A DNA stretch of 64,000 nt from Lysobacterales bacterium. GTDB lineage: Bacteria > Pseudomonadota > Gammaproteobacteria > Xanthomonadales > SZUA-5. A program made the position numbers and the translations under genes. The notes beneath the pieces were generated by a model that searched no databases, was not told where the DNA came from, and saw only the letters and a list, made by a program, of their open reading frames with translations. The stretch covers positions 11,294-75,293 of the forward strand of contig JALHMH010000008.1 of NCBI GenBank assembly GCA_022844165.1, read 5' to 3'. Positions 36,362 to 46,225 of this stretch are shown piece after piece (the stretch's first letter is position 1; each line of letters starts with the position of its first letter).

Positions 36362-37311
36362 CGCATTCGCAAGCTTGGTCGCCGCAAGAAATATCGCGCG
36401 CTGCAGAATTGTTGGATCTTCGACCTGACATCGCCCAGTGGTGGCGGTTCGCTCTGTCGTTGTTGCGCGGTGTGGGCAGCGGTTTGCTCGCGGCGGGGAT
36501 TGTCTGTTTTGTTGCCGCAAACTGGCAGGACTTCGGCATCTGGGGCAGATTCGCACTGCTGCAACTGGTTTTCGCCAGTGCAGCGCTTTTGGCCTGGTGG
36601 CGTCCGCCGCCGGATGTGTTTGGCGAAACCGGTTGCTTTCTAGCCGCTTTTTTGATCGGCTGCTTGTTCGCGCTTTTTGGGCAGCACTATCAGACGGGCG
36701 CCGATGTGCATGAGCTGTTCTTCTCCTGGGCACTGATTGCCTTGCCCTTTGCGTTCGCATCAAAAAGCGGTGCAACGGCGGCATTGATCGTGGTGGTACT
36801 GAACATTGGGCTGGCGCTCTGGGCCAGCGTTTTCGGCTTCGAACGGGTGGTCGCAAATCTGATCTGGGGATTCCAGCGGCCGCAGGTGGCACTCTCCGTG
36901 GCGGTACTGGCAAATCTGGCGGCACTCGCGATGCTTTGGTTTCGAGGTCAACGCCAGCACTGGTTGCTTGCGCTTCCGCTCCTCGCGGGGACGGTTTTTT
37001 CCTGCGTGGCCTGTGCGTTGACGGCGTGGGAAGGAAGCATCACGGCATGGTTGATGTTTGCATTGGGATTTGTTGCCTTGTTGACGGCAGCGCGCGCGCT
37101 CTCACGGCACTTGCGCAACGTCCTGCCCGAGACGATCGCTGCCGCGGGTCTGATCGCCGTCACAACGATTCTGTGGGTGCGGATTCTGTACGATGCGATT
37201 GATGACGCGATCTTGCCGAGCTTGTTCATAGCGATCTGGATCGGCGGTTTCGCCGCGTTTCTCGGTTCCAAATTGCTTGCCCGCCATCGAAGCTACGGAG
37301 CGGCCCGATGA
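36334..37311 (+). CDS. DUF2157 family membrane protein
   Basis: GIVCFVAANW and GQHYQTGAD motifs; many TM helices; overlaps the cyclase end by 28 nt. Confidence 0.85.
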   Translation: MDRQQFIELAHSQAWSPQEISRAAELLDLRPDIAQWWRFALSLLRGVGSGLLAAGIVCFVAANWQDFGIWGRFALLQLVFASAALLAWWRPPPDVFGETGCFLAAFLIGCLFALFGQHYQTGADVHELFFSWALIALPFAFASKSGATAALIVVVLNIGLALWASVFGFERVVANLIWGFQRPQVALSVAVLANLAALAMLWFRGQRQHWLLALPLLAGTVFSCVACALTAWEGSITAWLMFALGFVALLTAARALSRHLRNVLPETIAAAGLIAVTTILWVRILYDAIDDAILPSLFIAIWIGGFAAFLGSKLLARHRSYGAAR

Positions 37312-38249
37312 ACTTGCGCGACATTGATGTCGTGCGGCTCACTGAAGCGGGCCTGCTGACGCGCGACTTGCCTCAGAGTCGAACATCGCCGTGGATGCTG
37401 AAGTTGCTGCTAGGTGGTGCGGCTTGGTTCGCGGCGATTTTTGTCATCGCCTTCGTCGCGTTGTTGTTCGAGCCGGATACGCCCATCGAAGCCGGCATTC
37501 TCGGCATCGTGTTACTCGGCGGCGCTTTTGCGTTGTTCCTCGGATCGAAATCGCTATTCGTGGAACAGGTTGCGCTCGCGGCGTCGATGGCTGGCCAGGG
37601 TTTTTTGTTGTTCGCTGCTTATGAGGCGATCAAGTTCGACACGATTCGATCCGCGACCTTTGTCGCATGCGCGATTCAGATCGGCGTATTCCTGCTGTTG
37701 CCCAATCACCTGAGCCGACTGCTCAGCGCCTTTTTTGCAGCGCTCGCCTGGTCGCTCGCGTGGCGCAGCAACTGGATTGATGGATACGGACCTGGACCTG
37801 GCGGGTTCATCGGCATTCTCGACTGGCTTTATGGCGTCCTGCCGTTGATGGCGTTGGTCGCCGCGCTGTTGTTCAACGAACGTCGCTGGCTTGCGACGTC
37901 CCTGCAGAGCTGGTTGCTGCCAGCCACAATCAGCCTGATCGCTGCACTCTGTGTGGCACCGATCGTGATGTTGCCCTTCGAGCGTAGCAGCCTGTTCGGC
38001 GGTGGCAGCATTGGCTTGGCGCTGTGGCCCTTGTTATCGCTGGCCACCGCGTTATGCGCACTTGCGGCGGCGCGGTATCTCGCCCATCCGGCGCTGATGG
38101 CGTTGGCCATCGTCAGCGCCATCTTCAGCGTCATCGCGTTCTACTATGAACTCAGTATTCCACTACTCGCGAAGTCGCTGCTGATGCTGGCACTCGCCGC
38201 GATCGCCTTCGCGACACACGGCGTATTGCGCAAGAAGGGGGTCGCATGA
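37308..38249 (+). CDS. DUF4401 family membrane protein
   Basis: ATGA overlap; PWMLKLLLGGAAW, EQVALAASMAGQ, FYYELSIPLLAKS. Confidence 0.82.
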   Translation: MNLRDIDVVRLTEAGLLTRDLPQSRTSPWMLKLLLGGAAWFAAIFVIAFVALLFEPDTPIEAGILGIVLLGGAFALFLGSKSLFVEQVALAASMAGQGFLLFAAYEAIKFDTIRSATFVACAIQIGVFLLLPNHLSRLLSAFFAALAWSLAWRSNWIDGYGPGPGGFIGILDWLYGVLPLMALVAALLFNERRWLATSLQSWLLPATISLIAALCVAPIVMLPFERSSLFGGGSIGLALWPLLSLATALCALAAARYLAHPALMALAIVSAIFSVIAFYYELSIPLLAKSLLMLALAAIAFATHGVLRKKGVA

Positions 38250-38722
38250 ATGCTCGATTCTGGATATCGATCGGCGCTGCCGTCGGCCTGTTTGCCATCA
38301 ACTTCGCCATCGCTGGTAAGGAACGCATTGTGCGTTCCGGGATGCCGGTTTATCTGGCGCTTGCGCCGGTCGACCCGCGGTCGTTGATGCAGGGCGACTA
38401 TATGGCGCTGCGCTTTGCCATCGCCGACCAGATCGCCGCCGAGATCGCCAATCACGGTGGCGATCGCCGCGAAGGCAAGTTTTACACGGTAGGCGTTGAT
38501 GTCGACCAGCAGGGCGTGGCAACCCTGTCCGCGACCGCCACGCAACGACTCCGATATCGCTGGCGCAATGGCCAGCCATGGATCGGCACGAATGCGTTCT
38601 TCTTTGAAGAAGGCAGCGCCGGGAAGTTCGAAGGCGCCCAATTCGGCGAATTTCGCCTCGATCCAGAAACTGGCGAAGCAGTTCTAATCCGGCTTGTGGA
38701 CGTGCCGAACAGCGAGCGATGA
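38246..38722 (+). CDS. GDYXXLXY domain protein
   Basis: LAPVDPRSLMQGDYMALRF, FFFEEG; ATGA overlap. Confidence 0.9.
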   Translation: MNARFWISIGAAVGLFAINFAIAGKERIVRSGMPVYLALAPVDPRSLMQGDYMALRFAIADQIAAEIANHGGDRREGKFYTVGVDVDQQGVATLSATATQRLRYRWRNGQPWIGTNAFFFEEGSAGKFEGAQFGEFRLDPETGEAVLIRLVDVPNSER

Positions 38723-39616
38723 ATCGAGGACTCCGCCTGAGCGCGCCTTGCCGACCTTGCTGGCATTGGCCCGGCCCAGTCGTTCGCTGATCCACTGCCC
38801 GGTCGCAACAAGTCGATCAAAGTCGATACCGTGTTCGATACCCAGTCCGTCCAATAGATACACCACGTCTTCGGTTGCGACGTTGCCGCTGGCGCCCTTC
38901 GCGTAAGGGCAACCGCCCAAACCGCCGACGGCGGCGTCGATCACACGAACGCCGGCGTCCAGGCAACGCAGAATATTCGCCACCGCCATTCCATAGGTGT
39001 CGTGAAAGTGCACCGCGAGCGCGCCCATCGGAATCTCGCTGGCAACGGCCATCAACATCTGCCGGGCTTTTTCCGGGGTGCCGACGCCGATCGTATCGCC
39101 CAGCGAAATTTCGTAAGCGCCCATGGCGTACAGTGCGCGGGCAACGCGGACGACTTCGCTGTTCGGGACCTGGCCTTGGTAAGGACATCCAAGGACGGTG
39201 GACACGTATCCACGCACACGCACATCGTCGGCTCGCGCCGCTTCCAGGATCGGGGCAAAGCGCGCCAGCGACTCATCGATGCCGGCATTCGTGTTTTTGC
39301 GATTGAAGGCCTCGCTGGCCGCAGTGAAGACAGCCACTTCTTTTGCGCCGGCTGCCCGGGCGCGCTCGTAACCCTTGAAATTCGGCACCAGAACCGGCAA
39401 CGCCACACCCGCTGGCGCAGTCAGCGCCGACATCACATCGGCGGCGTCCGCCAATTGCGGTACCCACTGTGGGCTCACGAAACTGGTTGCTTCGACGGTT
39501 CGATGTCCGCAGTCGATCAGCCGCCGGATCAGTTCGATTTTGTCGTTCGTTGCGACGTTCCTGGCCTCATTCTGCAATCCATCACGAGGGCCGACTTCGA
39601 CAATGCGTATTTTCAT
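38684..39616 (-). CDS. liuE: Hydroxymethylglutaryl-CoA lyase (liuE/mvaB/hmgL)
   Basis: EVGPRDGLQNE, SFVSP, LGDTIG, HFHDTYG, GLGGCPYAKGASGNVATED. Confidence 0.95.
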   Translation of the reverse strand: MKIRIVEVGPRDGLQNEARNVATNDKIELIRRLIDCGHRTVEATSFVSPQWVPQLADAADVMSALTAPAGVALPVLVPNFKGYERARAAGAKEVAVFTAASEAFNRKNTNAGIDESLARFAPILEAARADDVRVRGYVSTVLGCPYQGQVPNSEVVRVARALYAMGAYEISLGDTIGVGTPEKARQMLMAVASEIPMGALAVHFHDTYGMAVANILRCLDAGVRVIDAAVGGLGGCPYAKGASGNVATEDVVYLLDGLGIEHGIDFDRLVATGQWISERLGRANASKVGKARSGGVLDSSLAVRHVHKPD

Positions 39617-39732
39617 GGGATGGTAGTCGACAGGGTGGTAAGTGATCGGCTGTCACGCGTTCCGGGCCGCGTATGTGGTCGCCTCTGAGCCATTCGTCCG
39701 CGACGAGCAACGACAAACTACACCCAGGTGGA

Positions 39733-40749
39733 CTACCGCGGCGAGTGTTTGATCGCGCGCCACAGCAACTTGAGTCCAGTCATCCAGCGTCTCAGGTAGG
39801 CGAGCGGAAGGGAACCGCGATTCGTCAATCGGTAACGTGCGCGCATGTATGCGGCGCTCGGAACCAATCGACGCCACAAGTTAGGCGTCTGCGATTCCAG
39901 GTACACGCGATCGCCGGCCCGGTCCGGGCGAAAAGGTTCTTCGGCAGCTGCGGCCTTGAGCAAAGCTAAAGTTGCCATCGGCCAGGAATACTGAAAATAC
40001 TCGGTGCAAGCACGCATTGCGTCGACGCACGGTGCCGCCAACGCCAGATCGCTGGCACGGGCGACCAGTGTTGACCATTCTTCTTCGTCGAAACGCTGCG
40101 ACAGAACAACGAAGTCGTAAAGCCAGATGAGGCGGTCGGCCGCTCCGATCTGGGCATTCGCCATGCGGTGGATGGCAGCATGCAAAAAAGCGTCGACCGG
40201 ACTGAGCGCATCCATCGGTGGTTCGCCGACGCGGTGGCAACGCGAATGAAGATCGGCAAAGGTCAGGCGTTTGCCGAGAATGGGATGTGTGCTGAGGCGC
40301 CAATGCAGGTCAATCTGCAATTCGGGCCGGACCATCGTGAATTGAACACCATCCGGCAACCAGGAATCTGGGTCGATCGAGTATCCAAGCAGCGATAGTG
40401 CATCAGCCGCTTGACGCGCATCGGCCTCAGAAGCAAACAGCAAATCCAGATCTTCGCGCGCGCGCAGATGCGGCATCCGATAACAACTATTCGCTAATGC
40501 CTCGCCCTTCAGTACCAGGAATGGAACGGCGATGGCGGCCAACACCGCCCGTACGGCAGGCTCTCTGGCCATCTGCCAGGCGATCGCGCCCCGCTGCGCG
40601 CGGACGATGGCATCGGGCGCCGACGGGCCAAGCGCCTCGAACAAGAGCGCAGTGACACCTTCGCGTTTGCACAGACCAGCAAGGTCCGCCGGCGGCGGTT
40701 CGAGTATCCGGCCGAATAATGCCGCGCCCAACCAGGCGCGCTCATCCAC
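39733..40749 (-). CDS. Nucleotidyltransferase family protein (NTP_transf_5-like)
   Basis: LVLKGEALA, R-x3-DLDLL, IDLHWRL, RLIWLYDF; GTG start overlaps the fumC stop by 8 nt. Confidence 0.82.
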   Translation of the reverse strand: MDERAWLGAALFGRILEPPPADLAGLCKREGVTALLFEALGPSAPDAIVRAQRGAIAWQMAREPAVRAVLAAIAVPFLVLKGEALANSCYRMPHLRAREDLDLLFASEADARQAADALSLLGYSIDPDSWLPDGVQFTMVRPELQIDLHWRLSTHPILGKRLTFADLHSRCHRVGEPPMDALSPVDAFLHAAIHRMANAQIGAADRLIWLYDFVVLSQRFDEEEWSTLVARASDLALAAPCVDAMRACTEYFQYSWPMATLALLKAAAAEEPFRPDRAGDRVYLESQTPNLWRRLVPSAAYMRARYRLTNRGSLPLAYLRRWMTGLKLLWRAIKHSPR

Positions 40750-42133
40750 CCCCGCGCGCTCCCGTCACAATGCCGCCCGCCGTCAGCGTCAATGGATCGA
40801 GCAAATCGCGTAAATCGTGATCGGACAACGCTGTCATCTCGCGAGCCACATCCATAATGGGTCGTCCGCTGGCGTAGGCTGCCTTGGCGATTTTGGCGCC
40901 AAGTTCGTAACCGATGACAGGATTCAGTGCCGTCACCAGAATCGGATTTCGCGCCAGTGCGTCTTGCAATCGGTCGTGGCGAACGCGCAAGCCAGCAATG
41001 CTCTGCGCCAGTGCCGGCAGCGCTCGCGCCGGCAGCTCGATGCTTTCGATCAGATTACGAGCAATCAGTGGCAGCATCAAGTTGAGTTGAAAGTTGCCGG
41101 ACTGCCCAGCGATCGTGATCGCAGCATCATTGCCAATCATCTGCGCCGCAACCATGGTTACCGCTTCTGCGATGACCGGATTGACCTTGCCAGGCATGAT
41201 CGAGGAGCCGGGTTGCAGCGCCGGCAATTCGATTTCGCCTAAACCGGTGAGCGGGCCGGAGTTCATCCAGCGCAGGTCGTTGGCGATTTTCATCATCGTA
41301 CAGGCCAGCGTTTTCAACTGGCCCGACAACTCGACACATTCGTCTTTGGCAGCGATAGCAACGAACAAGTTGGCTGCGGGACCGAATTCAATCCCAGTCA
41401 TAGCACTTAGTTGATGACAAACGGTCGCGGAAAACCTCGGGTCGGCATTGATTCCGGTGCCAATCGCAGTGCCACCGAGCGGCAAGGCCTGCACTCGCGC
41501 CAGGCTGTCAATCAGGCGCTGCTGCGCGGCTTGCAGTTGCGCCTCCCAAGCGCCGAATTCCTGGCCCAGGGTCATTGGCATTGCGTCCATCAGATGCGTA
41601 CGCCCGGTCTTGACCACACCGGCAAACTCCCGGGCGCGCGTCGCGATCGTATGGCGCAATTGGCCGAGCGCTGGCAACAGCTGCTCGCGAACGGCGAGTG
41701 CAGCCGCGACCTGGATGGCGCTGGGGATGACGTCGTTAGAAGACTGCCCAAGATTGACCTCATCATTGGGATGGACCGCGACCCCGGCGCGAGTCGCCAA
41801 CGTTGCAATGACTTCGTTGGCGTTCATGTTGCTGGAGGTGCCAGAGCCAGTTTGGAACACGTCGACGGGAAATGCCTCGGCGAAATCGCCGTGCGCGATC
41901 GCCAACGCCGCCTTCTCGATTGCCGCCGCTTTCTCGGCAGGCAGCCCGCCTAGCTCGCTATTGGCGCGCGCTGCGGCAGCTTTGATCAGGGCCAGCGCGC
42001 GAACAAACAAACGTGGCATCGGTTGTCCGCCGATCCGAAAGTTGTCGATCGCGCGTTGCGTTTGCGCGCCCCAGAGTGCGTCCGCCGGTACCTTAAGTTC
42101 GCCCATGCTGTCCTGTTCGATGCGAGTGTTCAT
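40742..42133 (-). CDS. fumC: Class II fumarate hydratase
   Basis: RIEQDSMG, FQTGSGTSSNMNANEV, KTGRTHLMDA, GSSIMPGKVNP. Confidence 0.95.
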   Translation of the reverse strand: MNTRIEQDSMGELKVPADALWGAQTQRAIDNFRIGGQPMPRLFVRALALIKAAAARANSELGGLPAEKAAAIEKAALAIAHGDFAEAFPVDVFQTGSGTSSNMNANEVIATLATRAGVAVHPNDEVNLGQSSNDVIPSAIQVAAALAVREQLLPALGQLRHTIATRAREFAGVVKTGRTHLMDAMPMTLGQEFGAWEAQLQAAQQRLIDSLARVQALPLGGTAIGTGINADPRFSATVCHQLSAMTGIEFGPAANLFVAIAAKDECVELSGQLKTLACTMMKIANDLRWMNSGPLTGLGEIELPALQPGSSIMPGKVNPVIAEAVTMVAAQMIGNDAAITIAGQSGNFQLNLMLPLIARNLIESIELPARALPALAQSIAGLRVRHDRLQDALARNPILVTALNPVIGYELGAKIAKAAYASGRPIMDVAREMTALSDHDLRDLLDPLTLTAGGIVTGARGGG

Positions 42134-42204
42134 GCGGCAGCGGCCCGGCGAGTGACTGGCGATTCTATCGCTCCTGGTCAGTGGACAGCGGCGGAACGTC
42201 CAGC

Positions 42205-42260
42205 CCGTCATTTTCTCGCAACCTGTTGCGCATCGGAGCGTCACACAGCCCGCCTAGCGT
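42205..42260 (+). promoter_or_regulatory. Putative Pho box array and -10 element upstream of phoX
   Basis: 11-bp periodic units CCGTCAT, TCGCAAC, TGCGCAT, GCGTCAC ending 10 nt before TAGCGT (42255-42260). Confidence 0.55.
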
Positions 42261-42312
42261 TCGCCGCTTGTGCGGCAGTCAGCCGTCTCGAGCCAACGCC
42301 AGAGGAAATCAG

Positions 42313-44268
42313 ATGAGCACGTTTCACGATGATGGAATGAGCAACCACTCCAACAACATGAGCTTTCACGACGTGTTGGAACTCAATCAGAAGCGCCGCG
42401 AACTGTTGAAAGGCGGTGTCGCTGCGGCGACCGCAACCGTGGTCGGCGTTCCGTTGTTGACGGCCCGCTCGAACGTGGAAGCGCAGACCTTTACATCGAC
42501 ACCAGGCATCGGCTTTAAGCCCGTGCCGGCCACCGATGCCGACACACTCGTGGTTCCTGAAGGTTACCGCGCCGACGTGCTGATCGCCTGGGGCGACCCG
42601 ATCTCCGACAACTTGAAGTTCTTCCGCTACGACGCGACCAACAGTGCCGAAGATCAAGAGCAGCAGTGGGGCATGCACAACGATGGCATGCACTTTTTCC
42701 CGTTCGAGGAGCGCGCGCTACTTGGGCGACCGGTACCATCGAGCCGCCGCGGCCTTTTGGTGAGTAATCACGAATACACCGACGACGGCATCTTGCACGA
42801 AGACGGTCAGCGCACCTGGACACCCGCGAAAGTCCGAAAATCGCAGGCGGCGCATGGCGTGGGCATTGTCGAGTTGTTGTACGACGGCAGCACGTGGCGT
42901 GTTGTTCGTCCCAGCGTCTATGCACGGCGCATCACAGGCTACACGCCGATGGCAGTCAGCGGTCCGGCTAAAGGGCATCGTCTGTTGCGTACTGCCGCGG
43001 ACCCAGCGGGTGAGCGCATCCTGGGCACCATCAATAACTGTGCGCACGGCTACACGCCCTGGGGCACGTATTTGACGTGCGAGGAAAACTTCAACGGTTA
43101 TTTCGCAAACGGTGCGACGATTCCCGCCGATCAGCGACGCTACGGCATCAGCGCCACCGGGTTCGGTTATCGCTGGCACGAACACGACGAGCGCTTTAAC
43201 GCGGCCCTGCACCCGAATGAACCGAATCGATTCGGCTGGGTCGTTGAAATCGATCCTTTCGATCCGACCTCGACGCCGATCAAGCGCACCGCGCTCGGCC
43301 GCATCAAGCATGAAGGCGCGTGGGTTACCTTGTCGCCGGACAATCGCGTCGTCGTTTACATGGGCGACGACGAGCGCTTCGAGTACATTTACAAGTATGT
43401 CTCGCGAGGCTTCTTCAAGCCCGGCGATCGCAATAACAACCGCTCGTTGCTTGACGACGGTACCCTGTACGTGGCGCGATTTGACGAGAACCTGTCGGGC
43501 GAGTGGATCCCGCTGGTTTGGGGTCAGAATGGCCTGACGCCGGAAAACGGGTTCGCCGATCAAGGCGAAGTGCTGGTCAAGACGCGGCAAGCGGCCGATG
43601 TGGTCGGCGCGACGAAGATGGATCGGCCAGAGTGGATTGCTGTTAACCCACAAACCAAAGACGTGTATTGCACCTTGACCAACAACGATCGCCGCGGCAA
43701 CACCGGTCAACCTGCGGTGGATGCGGCTAACCCGCGCGGACAGAACGTCTTTGGCCATATCATTCGATGGGCAGAAGACGGTCAAAATGCGACCGCCCGC
43801 CGATTCCGCTGGCAGCTGTTTGTGCAATGCGGCGACCCGGCACTTGGCAATCCGGCGCGCGCAGGCAATATCAATGGCGATAAGTTCGGGAGCCCGGATG
43901 GACTTTGGTTCGATGACCGCGGCATTCTCTGGGTACAAACCGATATTTCCACGTCCATCGTCTCGCGCCCGGGCAACGAGCGCGGTGACTACCGAAATAT
44001 CGGCAACAATCAGATGCTCGCGTACGATCCGATCAGCGGTGAGTTCCGGCGCTTTATGACCGGACCGCGCGGCTGCGAAATCACCGGCGTGATTTCGACG
44101 CCGGACCTGCGCACGATGTTCGTCAACATCCAGCATCCGGGCGAGCCGGCCAGCGAACGCCTGACGCCCGAGAACCCGACCGCCATTTCGAGTTGGCCTT
44201 TCGGCGGACGGCCGCGATCGGCAACCGTTGTTATCCGCAAGTTAGATGGTGGAATCATCGGTACCTGA
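42313..44268 (+). CDS. phoX: PhoX family Tat-exported alkaline phosphatase
   Basis: Tat motif RRELLKG; GMHNDGM, NNCAHGYTPWGTYLTCEEN, GRIKHEG, MDRPE, SPDGL, FVNIQHPG. Confidence 0.93.
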   Translation: MSTFHDDGMSNHSNNMSFHDVLELNQKRRELLKGGVAAATATVVGVPLLTARSNVEAQTFTSTPGIGFKPVPATDADTLVVPEGYRADVLIAWGDPISDNLKFFRYDATNSAEDQEQQWGMHNDGMHFFPFEERALLGRPVPSSRRGLLVSNHEYTDDGILHEDGQRTWTPAKVRKSQAAHGVGIVELLYDGSTWRVVRPSVYARRITGYTPMAVSGPAKGHRLLRTAADPAGERILGTINNCAHGYTPWGTYLTCEENFNGYFANGATIPADQRRYGISATGFGYRWHEHDERFNAALHPNEPNRFGWVVEIDPFDPTSTPIKRTALGRIKHEGAWVTLSPDNRVVVYMGDDERFEYIYKYVSRGFFKPGDRNNNRSLLDDGTLYVARFDENLSGEWIPLVWGQNGLTPENGFADQGEVLVKTRQAADVVGATKMDRPEWIAVNPQTKDVYCTLTNNDRRGNTGQPAVDAANPRGQNVFGHIIRWAEDGQNATARRFRWQLFVQCGDPALGNPARAGNINGDKFGSPDGLWFDDRGILWVQTDISTSIVSRPGNERGDYRNIGNNQMLAYDPISGEFRRFMTGPRGCEITGVISTPDLRTMFVNIQHPGEPASERLTPENPTAISSWPFGGRPRSATVVIRKLDGGIIGT

Positions 44269-44277
44269 GAACCCACG

Positions 44278-44302
44278 GCGGGCTGCCGGATCGACAGCCC
44301 GC
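44278..44302. terminator. Hairpin between convergent genes
   Basis: GCGGGCTG ... CAGCCCGC inverted repeat. Confidence 0.4.
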
Positions 44303-44342
44303 TATCGAATGGCGCTGACGCGACTTGCGCAGCGCCCGTTCT

Positions 44343-45221
44343 TCAGCTCTTCTCTTCTCGCTCTGCTTTGGTCTCAGATTCAAATCGGATCACCGCATCT
44401 TTGCCGTACCAGCGTCCCTCGATCTGAGTCAGTTCCAACTCGTGCGATAGCGGTGCGTCGAATACCGTGACGGTGGCGCGAACGAGCGCCTTGTTTCCCT
44501 CAACTTTCAGCGTTTGAAATCGGGCGCTTGCGGCAATGGCGTCGATATCCAGACCGTACAGTTTGACGGCTCGTTTGCTCGCCGCGAACATTTTGCTGGC
44601 CGAGCCCAGTGCTTCTTCAAACGACAGCATCTTGAGCTGATCGAGGTTCTGGATGCCCGTGTCACGCGCAGCGCGAGTCACCAATGTCAACGCTTCACGC
44701 GCAGTCGCCGGATTGAAAAAATCGGTGCCTTTCAGCCAACGTTCCAGCCCTGGCAAGACAGCCCGCAACATCTCGCGTTGCTCGGCTGTCATGGTGTTGT
44801 CGGGCTGCGCCAATGCCATCTGCATCGCGCCGAGAGCCATCAGAATCCCGCCCTCCGCTTGAGGCGCGATCTCATTGAGTTTTGGCTCGAATTCCGCCAT
44901 CAACCGGTCGACAGCATCGTTGGCCGTAAGCTTGGCAATCGCTTCTTCGAACTCGGCACGGTCTTTCTCTTCAATGGGCTTGCTGCGCTGCATCTCGTAC
45001 GCGCCGCGCATCATCTGGAACTGGCCGGCAGGCATTGAGGCGCGCAACAGTCCAGCCACGTCGTTATTGCGCAGATGGCGCACAGCTGCCTGCAGTTGTT
45101 CTGCTGGATCGACAACGGCAACGGTCTGGACCGACGCAGCTGCTTCTCGGGCCTGCAACGGAGCCGCAAAACCAGAGGACAACGCAACGCCGATCGTGAC
45201 TGCTAACAGAATCATCTTCAT
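44343..45221 (-). CDS. Exported hypothetical protein (mostly helical, C-terminal beta strands ending IEGRWY)
   Basis: GGAG RBS, signal peptide, coherent codon usage; function not recognised. Confidence 0.75.
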   Translation of the reverse strand: MKMILLAVTIGVALSSGFAAPLQAREAAASVQTVAVVDPAEQLQAAVRHLRNNDVAGLLRASMPAGQFQMMRGAYEMQRSKPIEEKDRAEFEEAIAKLTANDAVDRLMAEFEPKLNEIAPQAEGGILMALGAMQMALAQPDNTMTAEQREMLRAVLPGLERWLKGTDFFNPATAREALTLVTRAARDTGIQNLDQLKMLSFEEALGSASKMFAASKRAVKLYGLDIDAIAASARFQTLKVEGNKALVRATVTVFDAPLSHELELTQIEGRWYGKDAVIRFESETKAEREEKS

Positions 45222-45280
45222 TTGAGGCTCCTACGTATCGGGGGCAAGCGCCAGACTGGTCAGCTTGTGGGGCCATATTA

Positions 45281-45302
45281 GTGTGCTAGTGATGTAGTAC
45301 AC
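45281..45302. promoter_or_regulatory. Palindromic operator GTGTGCTA-N6-TAGTACAC resembling YtrA-subfamily GntR sites
   Basis: AT-rich near-perfect inverted repeat 60 nt upstream of ATG 45221. Confidence 0.55.
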
Positions 45303-45314
45303 CAATGAAAGAAG

Positions 45315-46199
45315 TCATGGTTCAATCGAACGATTGGCGACCAGCGCTTCGCGGGTGATGGCGAAAACACCCATCTGCCCCACCGAAAACGGAATCCAGG
45401 CGACTGGCAAATGCGCGAAGCGGCGTTTGAAAGCACGCCATCCTTCGCCGATTTCGACAATCAGCAGGCCACCCGGCATCAGATGCTCGATGGCGCCGTC
45501 GAGGATTCGAGTCGTTGCATCGAGCCCGTCGATGCCGGATACAAGTCCCAACTCAGGCTCGTGTGCGTACTCTGGCGCCAGTTTCCTGAATTCGGCATCG
45601 GTCACGTACGGTGGGTTGGAGACAATCAACTCATAGCGAATGCCCTTCAGTTCTGCGTAGAGATCCGATTGGATGGTATGAACGCGCGAGGCAACGCGAT
45701 GTCGGTCAATGTTTTCCTGCGCCAGCAGCAGAGCGTCGTGCGACAAATCGACAAGATCAACCCGCCACTGCGGTTGGTACACCGCCATTGCAACGCCGAT
45801 GGAACCGCCGCCGCAGCAAAGGTCGAGCACGCGATGTACGCGTGCTGGCTCACACCACCCATCGAAACCCGACTCGATCAATTCAGCGATGGGCGAACGC
45901 GGAACCAGAGCCCGCGGGTCGGTCACGAAATCGAGCCCGGCGAACGGTGCGTGGCCAATCAAATAAGCCGCAGGAATGCGCTCCTGGATGCGGCGATTGA
46001 TGAGCGCAGCAATTCGATCCTGCTCGGCGACTGTCAGCTCAGCACTGCCCAGGTTTCCCGGCCAATCGGCCGGCAGCTGCAAGGCGTGTAACGCCAAAGT
46101 GCGCGCTTCATCGAGCGCGTTGTCGGCGCTGTGGGCGACGAAAACACCCGCGGTTCGCAGTTGCGTTGCAGCAAGTCGAATGGCAGAGAGCAGGTTCAT
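45315..46199 (-). CDS. prmB: 50S ribosomal protein L3 N5-glutamine methyltransferase
   Basis: RIPAAYL, DPRALVPRSPIAELI, LDLCCGGGSI, SNPPYV, HEPELGL. Confidence 0.92.
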   Translation of the reverse strand: MNLLSAIRLAATQLRTAGVFVAHSADNALDEARTLALHALQLPADWPGNLGSAELTVAEQDRIAALINRRIQERIPAAYLIGHAPFAGLDFVTDPRALVPRSPIAELIESGFDGWCEPARVHRVLDLCCGGGSIGVAMAVYQPQWRVDLVDLSHDALLLAQENIDRHRVASRVHTIQSDLYAELKGIRYELIVSNPPYVTDAEFRKLAPEYAHEPELGLVSGIDGLDATTRILDGAIEHLMPGGLLIVEIGEGWRAFKRRFAHLPVAWIPFSVGQMGVFAITREALVANRSIEP

Positions 46200-46225
46200 G
46201 GGCGATCGGTAGTTGGTGATGGTGG

